From Azolla caroliniana (taxonomy: Eukaryota > Plantae > Polypodiophyta): a stretch of 64,000 nt of DNA. Below the pieces are notes generated by a model. That model saw only the letters and a list, made by a program, of their open reading frames with translations, did not search any database and had not been told where the DNA came from. This document shows, one piece after another, positions 15,201 to 25,500 of this stretch. The position numbers and the translations under genes were made by a program. Position 1 is the first letter of the stretch; each line of letters opens with the position of its first letter. Location: the NCBI GenBank assembly GCA_043228905.1, contig JBHGNT010000015.1, positions 11,098,001 to 11,162,000 of the forward strand, given 5' to 3'.

Positions 15201-17964
15201 AGCCACTGCATCCCCTTTTTTGACTCCTTTATCTTTGAGATAGTTTGCGAGCTGAAAAACAGATGTAAATGATGAACATATTCTTATTTCCACCCATTAC
15301 AAAAAAGCGTTTCATAGATATGAAAATACCTGACAGACACGATCTAGAAGCTCTTTATATGTTAGGCGTCCATCTGAACCAGGATCATTACCCTCCCAAA
15401 AAAATGCTATTTCATGACCTTTCCCAGATTGAACATGTCGATCCAATGCATTGTAACAGATGTTTGTCTTACCACCTTTGAACCACTAGATCCATCACCA
15501 AAAAACAAGTTATTGACTAATATTATATCTTACAGTATGCAGGAAAAAGTGGTCATCATTCTAATAAAAATACTTGGAAATTTAATAATAGAGTATGCAT
15601 GAAACTCAATATTACCTCTACTTTGATGGGGCCTTCTCTGATATCAAAGTTCTCTGAGTGAACTTTGCCATTTTCTTGTGGCCACATCTTTTCCCAATAA
15701 AACTCTGATGCGATTTCTGACCAAAAGCCATCAGGATCATTTATAGATCGTAGATACATTGCATCATACTGTGAAATGTCAGAAAAACAGAGCCTTAGCC
15801 AGAGGCTTCTCAACATATGATTTATACGAAAAGCGAGCGATTAGTTCCTGGATTTCTCCATAGGAAATTAATTTCTATGCCTTCTTTTCTACAGAAGAAA
15901 ATAGGATGCAGTCGACTGGATGCATACAAAGTACACTGTCTCCTACTGTTAGCCAAACAAGGCAAAATTTAAAAACATTGATCGATGCATGGACATAAAA
16001 CCTGCCCATTAACAAGTCAACGCTTGCATGAGTTATTGGAAATATTATGTGCATATGAATTCTTCAAAGCCAACATTGAAGACATGTGTGCTATGACCTT
16101 TTCTCAGTGACATTGAAGTACATTTGGACATACCATAAGCATGGAAAACCCTTGCTTTATTTGCATCACAACAGAGATGTTTCTGTACCAAAACCAGACA
16201 GTGAATTGCATTCATGGTTAAGGCCAGAATATATGTCAAAAAATTAATTCCACTCTACTAATGATGTTGGATTAGGTAGCAGTCAATGAGAGGAGCAAGA
16301 AGTTATGCTGGTCAAGTATGGAAGGCGAGAGATATAGCTCTTGGAACATTCTGTCATTCACAGCCTGTGAACTCTTGCAACCGTGCCAAGGTGAATTCAT
16401 TAAGACAAGTTTAAGTGAAAGGTATTTTAGAATGAGCTAAGATAAACAAACCTTAATACCAAATGACTTTTACAAGGATATGCACATCACAGAGGTAAAT
16501 ATATTCTAGACCAGCCAGCACAGAACTCTCAACACCCAACTCGTTTACAACTTACGTAGTTTTTGTGTCCCAAAAGTCTTGATGTATTCATTCGACCACA
16601 CTAGCAAGGGAGCTGTATTTGCCAGACATAGTGGTCCTACATTATCTATCATTGGATTACTATGCATGTTAATATAATTCTATTATGACAAGAAACTGCC
16701 ATTGTCTTAGCTTTGACGTCTTTCCATAACCCAAACATAAGAAATGACATTGTTTTAGCTTTTGAGTTGTTCGATGGCACAAACATATGCAGTTTATGTA
16801 ATGTGTAAATGACATGGTGTGCAATACCACCAAGGTTGATGAAAAGTAGAATATTCGTTACGGATCGCGCTCCTTTGTAGCGTGTTACTTGATATAAATA
16901 GAGCCCTTCGTAGTAGGAGTAGTGCGTGTCATTTTATTTGATGATATTCATCATTCTCGTTTGAAGGAGGCCATTTCAGAAGGCAAAAAAAAAAAAAAAA
17001 ACCCTCAATGGAATACCCGCAGAAAGTTGGATATCAAAGCAGTGAAACACAAAACTCTATCCAGAGAACCGTGAATAAGTAACATGCACCCCCTAGTAAC
17101 ACACATTTTGACATTGAGAATGCATGGATTATCGAAGAACAGGAGACCATTTCTAGTCTTTCTTCCTTCATCTTTCACGGTCTTGACAAAAGCGTTATCT
17201 ATGAAAGGCGGCATCGCACATGGAAATACATGAATACAGGGATCAGTCACTCGTCAAACTTGAAAGGTTTGTGAATCCGGAAAGGATTCAAGGTTCATAT
17301 AGGGTTGAAGGGAACGGTCCCAGAATAGGATCAGAATGGATGGAGTCGATTGTTGAAACTACATACACACTGATTGGGATGGGGAAGAGTGAGGTTCTAA
17401 GACGGAGCAGTGATAATAATCAGAAGGAAGGGTCGGTCGGCACCTTCTCTTTAGATGAGACCAAAGCTTCGTCACGATGTAACCATCGATCGAAGTGGAA
17501 GAGCTCCTGGTGGTGATCTGATGTTGGCGTTTCTTTGAGGCGGGGGGGAAACGTATCCATGTTTCTCGAAGCTGCCAATTTGCCATGGCCGATGGTGGTG
17601 CAGGAAACGGGGGGGAGCACGCAGGAAGGGGGGCGGCAGGGGAGAGATATGAAGTGAAAGTCGCGACGCAGAAGAGGGGGAGAAAGAGAAGGAGAGGAAT
17701 GGCAGTACGCATGAGCCATGGGGAGAAGGAGGAGGAGGAGGAGGAATTGTGCGTGCAGAGGGAAGGGGAGATGGAACGCAGAGGAAACCCTAGTAAAGGC
17801 ACAACAGGGCCACAGAGCCCCACCATCGCCACCATATAAAGGAAGGGAAGGGAAGGGAAGGGAAGGGAAGGAGAGAAAGAGAGAAGGAGCTTATAACTTA
17901 TAATAGTGTAATAGAATTGTCGTCTTTATTCGTCTTTCTTCTTTCTTCTTCTTTCTCGTCTCTC

Positions 17965-17998
<34 letters not shown>

Positions 17999-19337
17999 AC
18001 CCCGGGTTTAAACACTTTTAAGCATAATTTCTTCACGGTGATGGATGGCTCTACCGTGGCACGATGCAATAATATAGGCTCATCCGTTCGAAACATTTCA
18101 ACCCGTGGAGCCCAACTATGTATAGTTTCCATTCTTATCCATAAAGAAACGTTTTTCTTTTTTTTAATTTAAATTTTCTTCTTTTTAAAGATGTTGACTT
18201 TTTGGTTCACATCGTTTTTTTGCCTTCCGATGGATGGTGTCATTGACCATTGCCAAGTTTTGAAAGCAAAGTTTGAAATGACAATTCCTCTATAGAAGAT
18301 TTCCAGACATGGAAATCCATTCACACTTTATGCATTGGGGGGGGGGGGGGGGTGCGGGGCCCACTGCGATAGCTCCCTTCACTTACCTATATTATATATC
18401 TATGGGATGAATGGTTATTTTGACTTTCAAATCCCATTTTACATTATACATATAAATAAACCAATTTCAAAGTTCAAGATCACATTGGATCATAATGGGA
18501 AATACATTTTCAAAGCTTATGCTCACTTTCTACCTAAGAAGAAATAAAGTTTCAATGTTTAAGATCGTCATCAAAACAAACTTGAAGAGTTTGTGGGTGC
18601 GTGGTGGCATGTAATCATGACTTGTTGAAACAATAGCAATTTATAAAACCTTGATACACACACACACATCAACGAGAAAGAGCTAGATTCAACGATGAAT
18701 TTTTCAATCGTCTGCAAGAAACGCAATAGTCCTAATGTCTTATTAAAATATTTTAGAACATAAAAGAGGTTTTGCTTTAATAAATTAACTCTAATAGAGT
18801 GTAATGACTAAAATATGATTCAATGTGCGGAAAAGGTCACTTATAACATATCATAACTCTACCTAGTTTCATGAATGATGTCCATTGTAGCACATCATAT
18901 CTCCAAGTTACAATGTCGAGGTCTATACATTATCATTTACCCAAGGATTGTAATTTAATGACAATGAAACTTTGTTTCATCATCAAACATCCAAAGCATG
19001 TTGGGCTATGGTCATGAAATCTAAAGATGAATTTGACGGTATGGTTGATATGCCCCAACATAAAAAATGATTGATTTAAGGCAAAATATTGGCATTGGAC
19101 AAAATGCAATGTCTCGAGAACCTTATAAATCATAGTAGTCAAGGTCTTGAGTATTCCTCAATCGATCACGCAATTAGATCTAGTTCGCGAATTCCTCATT
19201 TTCATCAACAAGCAAACATAGAAATGATATTAACCTTTAGAAACCGAAACCAAGGAGAGATGGGTTTCGATGTCAAGATTGTCATGCATTATTTCTTGGA
19301 GTGGTCTTCAATCACATTAAATGTGGTACCATCTATC

Positions 19338-19377
<40 letters not shown>

Positions 19378-19606
19378 TCACATTGGCAAAATTTGGGGGT
19401 AAGTTGTAACCCATAGATATAGAGACAAGAATTAAAACTATCACATGACCCTTAGAGAGGGAGAGAGATATAGACTTGTTACAACTAGAGAGTAACACAC
19501 ATCCATAGGAAATTCAGCCTTTACCAAAATACCCTTTATATATATATATATATATATATGACCAAATTCCAAAAATAGCCCAATAAGATCGAAATCACCA
19601 AAAACA

Positions 19607-19649
<43 letters not shown>

Positions 19650-19724
19650 TGGGCTTCACATGGCCTTGCCTAGATCCGCCAAATAGACCCCGCTGGACAT
19701 ACAACCTTACGTACCGAGCCAATG

Positions 19725-19759
<35 letters not shown>

Positions 19760-20022
19760 ATAAGTAGGAGCAATGGTGGGAGTGAGGCAAACTAGTTGTT
19801 GCCCCCCTCATTCCAACACAACATATGCTGCATGCATGCATGCATGTATGTATGTATGTATGTATGTATGTATGTAGGGAGGGGGAGCAATGTGGGCAAG
19901 GAAAATTAGGAGGGGGTAGTTTGGCAATTAGAAGAAGCTATAAAGAAAGGGGGGGGGGGGGGTAGGTAATAAGTACATAGTGCGGTGGAATTAAAGGATT
20001 GAGCGAATTTGATTCAGTAATT

Positions 20023-20053
<31 letters not shown>

Positions 20054-20316
20054 TTGGAGTTGGAGTTATTTGGTGTGTGTTTGGTACACTTACTTACTTA
20101 CTTAACTTTACTTTTTACTTACTTACTTACCTGGGCTTTGGAGGAGATGCGGGCGGCGGCAGCGCCCCTGGCAGTGAAGCGGTCCTGCTCCTCTGCACGC
20201 AGTGACTCACCCAGCACCAGCAATTCACCTGATGCTACATGGCGGAGGCCATGCCCATCCACAACATTATCATGGGCGGGGGCCGGGGCCGGGGCCGAGA
20301 GTGGCATAGGCGCCAT
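9047..20316 (-). CDS. ACS: Acetyl-CoA synthetase (AMP-forming acetate-CoA ligase), 18 coding exons, 699 aa
   Basis: Exons (minus): 20131-20316, 15616-15768, 15330-15485, 15129-15251, 14862-15030, 14633-14715, 14267-14368, 14089-14177, 12230-12320, 12035-12148, 11769-11845, 11586-11664, 10725-10793, 10383-10558, 10245-10301, 9801-9891, 9586-9684, 9047-9232. They sum to 2100 nt with consistent phases and GT(GC)-AG borders. Motifs: [68 protein letters not shown]. Confidence 0.94.
9586..9684 (-). CDS. ACS: ACS exon 17
   Basis: cag|[33 protein letters not shown]|gt. Confidence 0.93.
9801..9891 (-). CDS. ACS: ACS exon 16
   Basis: tag|[30 protein letters not shown]|gt. Confidence 0.93.
10245..10301 (-). 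CDS. ACS: ACS exon 15
   Basis: cag|[18 protein letters not shown]|gt. Confidence 0.92.
10383..10558 (-). CDS. ACS: ACS exon 14
   Basis: tag|PALVDENG...[20 protein letters not shown]...FSGDGCH|gt. Confidence 0.92.
10725..10793 (-). CDS. ACS: ACS exon 13
   Basis: tag|[23 protein letters not shown]|gt. Confidence 0.92.
11586..11664 (-). CDS. ACS: ACS exon 12
   Basis: tag|[26 protein letters not shown]|gt. Confidence 0.92.
11769..11845 (-). CDS. ACS: ACS exon 11
   Basis: cag|[25 protein letters not shown]|gt. Confidence 0.92.
12035..12148 (-). CDS. ACS: ACS exon 10
   Basis: cag|[17 protein letters not shown]...[13 protein letters not shown]...|gt. Confidence 0.92.
12230..12320 (-). CDS. ACS: ACS exon 9
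   Basis: tag|[18 protein letters not shown]...FEG|gtaagt. Confidence 0.92.
12776..13049. repeat. Degenerate ~122-bp tandem repeat in ACS intron 8
   Basis: taaatgaa..aagaacaaaa..ccc motif at about 12781, 12901 and 13023. Confidence 0.6.
14089..14177 (-). CDS. ACS: ACS exon 8
   Basis: cag|[22 protein letters not shown]...|gtaag. Confidence 0.92.
14267..14368 (-). CDS. ACS: ACS exon 7 (followed by GC donor)
   Basis: cag|DVIPSY...[19 protein letters not shown]|gcaaga. Confidence 0.9.
14633..14715 (-). CDS. ACS: ACS exon 6
   Basis: cag|VCLTYAND...GRDIWWQ|gt. Confidence 0.9.
14862..15030 (-). CDS. ACS: ACS exon 5
   Basis: aag|[15 protein letters not shown]...HGVSV|gt. Confidence 0.92.
15129..15251 (-). 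CDS. ACS: ACS exon 4
   Basis: cag|[14 protein letters not shown]...[10 protein letters not shown]|gtaag. Confidence 0.93.
15330..15485 (-). CDS. ACS: ACS exon 3
   Basis: tag|[18 protein letters not shown]...LLDRVCQ|gt. Confidence 0.92.
15616..15768 (-). CDS. ACS: ACS exon 2
   Basis: cag|[25 protein letters not shown]...GPIKVE|gt. Confidence 0.9.
17444..17719 (-). CDS. ACS: ACS putative alternative first exon (proximal, 1b) encoding a transit-peptide-like N-terminus
   Basis: ATG-GCT start, 92 codons, Ser/Pro/Arg-rich, ends EALVSSKEK|GT in phase 0; GC-rich island within AT-rich intron 1. Confidence 0.62.
17720..17905 (-). promoter_or_regulatory. Putative internal promoter/5'UTR for ACS exon 1b
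   Basis: TATA-like TTTATAT (about 17834-17840) and TATAAG (about 17890-17901), telo-box AAACCCTA (17785-17792), pyrimidine-rich leader, GAGA tract at 17965-17995. Confidence 0.4.
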
Positions 20317-20459
20317 GGCCAGCAGTGGGGAAGAAGACTGTTCGAAAGCAAACGAAATAAGAAAGAGAGAAGGAGAGAGAGAGAGAGAGAGTGTGTGTGT
20401 GTGTGATTGCTGCTTTCTTGTCTTCAGATTCTGTAGATCTAGTTCTCTATTCTTCTTCT

Positions 20460-20482
<23 letters not shown>
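19339..20482. repeat. Microsatellite cluster around ACS exon 1a
   Basis: (AG)n 19339-19375, (TC)n 19609-19647 and 19729-19757, (TATG)n about 19845-19876, poly-G 19948-19962, (GA)n 20027-20053, (ACTT)n 20088-20130, (CTT)n 20450-20482. Confidence 0.9.
20131..20316 (-). CDS. ACS: ACS first coding exon (distal, 1a)
   Basis: MAPMPLSAP...LRHV...[12 protein letters not shown]...ISSKAQ|GTAAGT. LRHV and VLGESL match the plant ACS N-terminus as I recall it; phase 0 into exon 2. Confidence 0.85.
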
Positions 20483-20490
<8 letters not shown>

Positions 20491-21223
20491 TTTGTTCTTT
20501 CTGTGTGTATAGCTTTTTATTGCGATCTTTGTTTTGTTCTTTTTTTATTATTATATATGAGGGGGGGGGGGAGAGTAGAAGAGAGAGCGCTCCAGCGCAA
20601 GACGACTCGACTCACTCACGTTCATATTTTGCTTCTAATGTTGTACATAGTACGCATCTTCTTCTTCTTTTTTGTGAGAAAAGAATGAAAGAGCGAGACT
20701 CGCGTTCATATTTTGCTTCCTCTTTCATTCGTCCCTTCACCTTCAGCATCTTCTCTCGTCTTCTTAAATTCCGTTATGTTTGGAAGTAAGTTTTGACCCA
20801 ACCTCCCTCCCATTAATTTGATCCAAATTGCACTACTTTGGCCCCTCTCATCATCACAGGTCCCCCCTAGCATTATCTAACACCATCCATAAGCAAAAAC
20901 CCATGATGTCATTATGGACGATTCTAACCTAGCTACTCTTGAAAATTCAAACATTGGGAACACTCCTTTGGCTCCGTGGTATATCTTGTATCTTTGATTG
21001 CGTGTTCCACCTCTTGATGCTTTGTGATATATCTCCCCAATATTCCAATACATAAAGTATTTGGACCTTCACCAAATTCCACATCCTAACTCAAATGACC
21101 TTCTTTCTAGTTGATTGTAGAGTTTGTAAAAGCCTTAGGTTGCATCCACGAAGATGCATATCCACCCTCGATGCCTAGCTTTGTCTTTCACTTGTGAAGC
21201 ATGTACACATAGCATATGTATCC

Positions 21224-21519
21224 TGTAAAGAGTTATGTGCGGAAGCTTGTAGAAAACAAACACACCTGGTTGAGCCGGACAACGTAGTATGACAGACAGT
21301 TAGGAAAACACACAGAATGGAGATGGAGACGAAGTACAAAGAGAGAGACTGAGTATGTAGACAAAAACAAGTTCTATTCCAAAAAAATAATACTCCGTAC
21401 ATTCAATGTGCTCAAAGAGCACTTTATATACAAGCCTCTAACAGAAGGCTGACATAAGTACTAAATGCTCATTCATGAGCTCTAACACCTAACTTACCTA
21501 TAATATTCCTATTACTAAG
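21224..21519 (-). mobile_element. Element O: partial copia LTR (same family as the LTRs of L, H and N), interrupted by element B
   Basis: Begins tgtaaagagttatgtgcggaagc, similar to 59252 and to the reverse complement of the LTR ending at 42586. Confidence 0.65.
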
Positions 21520-22055
21520 TGTCAGAAAATGGGACTGGCCACAACCGGTTGCCAAGCAACAATGAAGACTGAGAAGAACACGAAGAACATAAAACAAAAA
21601 ACAGAAAAACACCGAGACACAATATTTTACTTGGAAAACCCTGAGAGGGAAAAAACCACGGGAGTCCACAAACTCCGAACAATATCACTATGGTAGGAGG
21701 AAAATACACAAGAGACTCTAAGGCAACAATCTTGAGCTCCTCTTCTTTTGACAGTGGTTACAACATAGTTACAACTCTCACTCTCTCTCCTACTCACTCT
21801 TGTTGCACACTCTGATACACTACTTACAAAAATGCACATACTTCTTTAGTTACAGTGCTAACACTCACACATAATGATTTGCCCTAGGTGTGTTTATAAT
21901 AATACACACTATGGGCTATTTACAAATATAGCCTCTAATCGGTTATGGTTCGATCGGGTTTCCGGATGCCTGTCGGATGTCTTCCGGCCAAAACAGTTCT
22001 TCATCCGAAAACGGTTGTCTGATGTGTCCCATCCAGAGGGACTTGTTTCCCAACA
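21520..22055 (-). repeat. 3' LTR of element B
   Basis: TGTCAG...CCCAACA, adjacent PPT (actcccccttca, 22057-22068). Confidence 0.8.
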
Positions 22056-22522
22056 AACTCCCCCTTCACTCTGGTATGGGGTGCTTTGACAATCCAACCT
22101 TTTACCGGCACGTGTTCAACTTCTATACTAACAACACCTTCGTCAACATGTTTGATTCGTTGTCATCCGTGTCAATCTTCACCAGGTGGAAATCCCTTTC
22201 TTCTACCCTCTCTCTAAGCCAGTGATATCTCCATTGGATATGCTTAGTTCTCAAGTGGTAGGCAACATTCTTTGCAAGGTGGATGGCGCTTTGATTGTTG
22301 CAATGAAGTCAGATTTGAGCTTGCTTCATTCCTAACTCACCGATGAAATCTCTCATCCATATCATTTGCTTGCCGGCTTTGACAACAACCATATACTCTG
22401 CTTCTGTGATCGATAAAGCCACAACCTTCTGCAACCTCGATTGCCATGAGACGGCTCCCCCTACATAAGTCATCATGTATCCGGACGTATACCAACTGGT
22501 ATCAACATCAGCCGACATGTCG

Positions 22523-25500
22523 TGTTGGCATAAAAGGCCGACTCCTTCCAAATTGTATCCATCCAAGTGTGAACTCGTTAATAAGTTAGGGCTTAGTATA
22601 TAAGCGAATACCTAACATTGTAATGAGTGATGACGAGTAGAGTATTGTATCTCTGAGAAAGAACGAAGTAATAAGAAGCTTTCCATTAAAGCTCCATCTG
22701 TGTAAGTCTCCACGCCTATTCTATTTTCTATATGTGTTGTTTGCTGTCAAGTATCAACGACAGATCCATACACGTTTCCACACATAACACTCGTACCCAC
22801 AACTGGTATCAGAGCCGAATCTTTGCTGTTTGGCGGCAACAGACAATAGAAGAAGCTGAAAGAAAAGACCAAGTTAGAAATCTCAAGTTCACAAACAGAA
22901 TATGGTTTCAACATCCGGAACAGGAGTTGAAATCCGAAAATTCGATGGCAAAAACTTTGCCTTGTGGAAGAAGATGATGCAGGGTGTGTTGATCATTCGA
23001 AGACAGGTCGAAGCCATTTGGTACAATGAAAAGCCTGCTTCAATGACAACCGAGGAGTGGAGATCAACGAACGAAATCGCACGCTCCACCATCCGAATGC
23101 ATCTGGCCGAAAACTTCTATTTCAGCATGGCGAAAGAGACGACAACGTTCTCATTGTGGGAGAAGCTACAGGTCGTCTATGAGAAGAAGTCCTCATCTTC
23201 GAAAATGATCTTGATCAAACAATTGTTCAACATGAAGATGAAAGAGACTGATCCAGCAACCTCCCACATCAACACCTTCAACTGGGTGTTGTCAGAGCTC
23301 TCGTCACAAGGGATCAACTTCGAAGAAGAAGTGAAAGCCCTTGCCCTCCTATCGAACTTGTCAGCGAGTTGGGAGGTATTCTGTACGAGTTACGCCAATA
23401 GCCGACCGATCCTAAATCTGGATGAAACAACCGGCCAAGTCCTCACAGAGGACATCAGGCAAAAATCGATGGGACTAACCATCGATGAGTCGACAGAAGC
23501 CCATCACTCGACTGAGTCGAACGAAAGAACAAGCCGATAGAACCGGTCGTCGCTACAGCCGATCGAAAACAAGGGGTGACCGATAGCAGTCGAAGTCAAG
23601 AACGGGCAGAACAAGTGAGTATTGCACACATTGCAGGAAAGCTGGCCACAATGTTTCCGACTGTTGGTCAATAAAAAGAAAAGAGAGTGGTCGGCGATCC
23701 GAGCGGAATCGGGGACGTTCAGCAACCAGATCAATGTTGCCGACACCTGATCTAGAGAAATCCTCTCCCTAGAGGATTCGATGATCAGAGAAGTCCTCTA
23801 CAGTGCACAAGTTGCACACACGTGGCTACTAGACTCTGGTGCCACATTTCACGTGACCCCCAACGTTGAATGGTTCTCAAACTATTCAGTCGACGCCAGT
23901 GGCATAGTCTGACTGGGAAACGGGTAGGAGTGCAAGATAGCCGGAACCGGGGAGGTTCCCATAAAATTGCCAAATGGCAACACAATAACCCTGCACTGAG
24001 TTCGGCACGTACCTGATCTAAAGAGGAGTCTGGTCTCCATTGGCATGTTAGCTGAAGACAGGTATCGAACGACTCTACACCAATCGAAATGGGTGATCAG
24101 CTGAGGAAACCTCAAAATCGATAGTGGGCATAAGTATAATAATCTATACCCATTGATGGCGATCAACCCTGAAGGGGCCGTGAACATAGCCGAGAAATCC
24201 GACCCGAACTTATGGCGTGGCCGACTTGGCCACATGTCGCAAGCTGGACTTGATCGGTTGATGTCGGTCGACCACATCCCGAAACTCCAGGCAAAGACGG
24301 ACTTCTACGAGCACTGTTGATATGGGAAACAAACTTGAAGTTCACACTCTCTCCACTACGAGACGGTACGACAACCCCTAGAGCTCGTGCACACAGACAT
24401 ATGTGGGCCCATGCTAGAGCAATCACTAGGAGGCTCCTGGTACTTCATCACATTCGTAGATGACTGTACACGAAAAGTTTGGGTATACTCCATCAAGTCC
24501 AAAGATGAAGCGCTCAAGGTCTTCATTCGATGGATATCTGAAGTGGAGAACCGGTCGGGACACAAAGTGAAGACACTCTGATCCGACAACGGAGGTGAGT
24601 ACACCTCTAGAGCCTTCAAACAGTACCTGTTCGTAAAAGGGATCAGACATCAAAAGACCGTTCCTTACACACCCGTGCAGAATGGGGTGGTTGAACGGAT
24701 CAACCGAACAATCCAAGAGAGGGTGACGGCAATGCTCCAACAAGCTGGACTGAAGTTGGAATTATGGGCCGAGGCATTGCAGACGATAGTGTACATGATA
24801 AATCTGGCGTCGTCAAGAGCAATCATGCTCGAAGTGCCACAAGCACTATGGTTAGGCAAACAACCGACCTACAATAGGCTCCGTATATTCGGATGCGAAG
24901 CCTACACGTTCATCCCCAAGGACAAAAGGACGAAGTTGGCACCCCATGCAACAAAGTGCATATTTCTCGGCTATGGAACTGATGGGGACTTCGGCTACTG
25001 GCTATGGGACCTTAAGAACCGGAAATTGATCTGGATCAGTGACGTAGTCTTCAATGAAGACTCTATCTTCTCTCAACAGAACCAACAGAAAATAGTTGGT
25101 AAGAAGGTATCCTTCAAAGATGACAACACTGTTGTAGAAGGACCGACCCAACGGGCCGAATCGGAGACTCGACAAAAAGTCGAACTCCAACAAACTACCA
25201 ACTTCCCTGCCGACACCGAATCACCAACAAGTCCTAACGTCGAACTCAAAGACCAAGCAATCAAAGACACAACCGAATCGACAAGAGTCGACAAAGGTAG
25301 AATCGCTAAGAGGCTAGTCAAAATCGAGTTGACAACAACCACAGGGGAGAACAACCAGACACCGCCGAAATCCCAAACTGAGGGCGGGACACCTAACAAG
25401 ACTCTTGACACAACTGGTTCAACAAATACCAATCGTCAATCCGAACCGATCGAAGAATCCGAACCAGATATTGCGGCACCCAGGAGATCTGGACGAGCTC

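Noticed and set aside
17359-17835. 158-aa minus-strand ORF
   Set aside because: Out of frame with the ACS-compatible donor; no recognisable domain; its first ATGs probably lie upstream of the TSS (cannot exclude a uORF)
20054-20789. 152-aa and 132-aa plus-strand ORFs
   Set aside because: Antisense to ACS exon 1a and built from microsatellites
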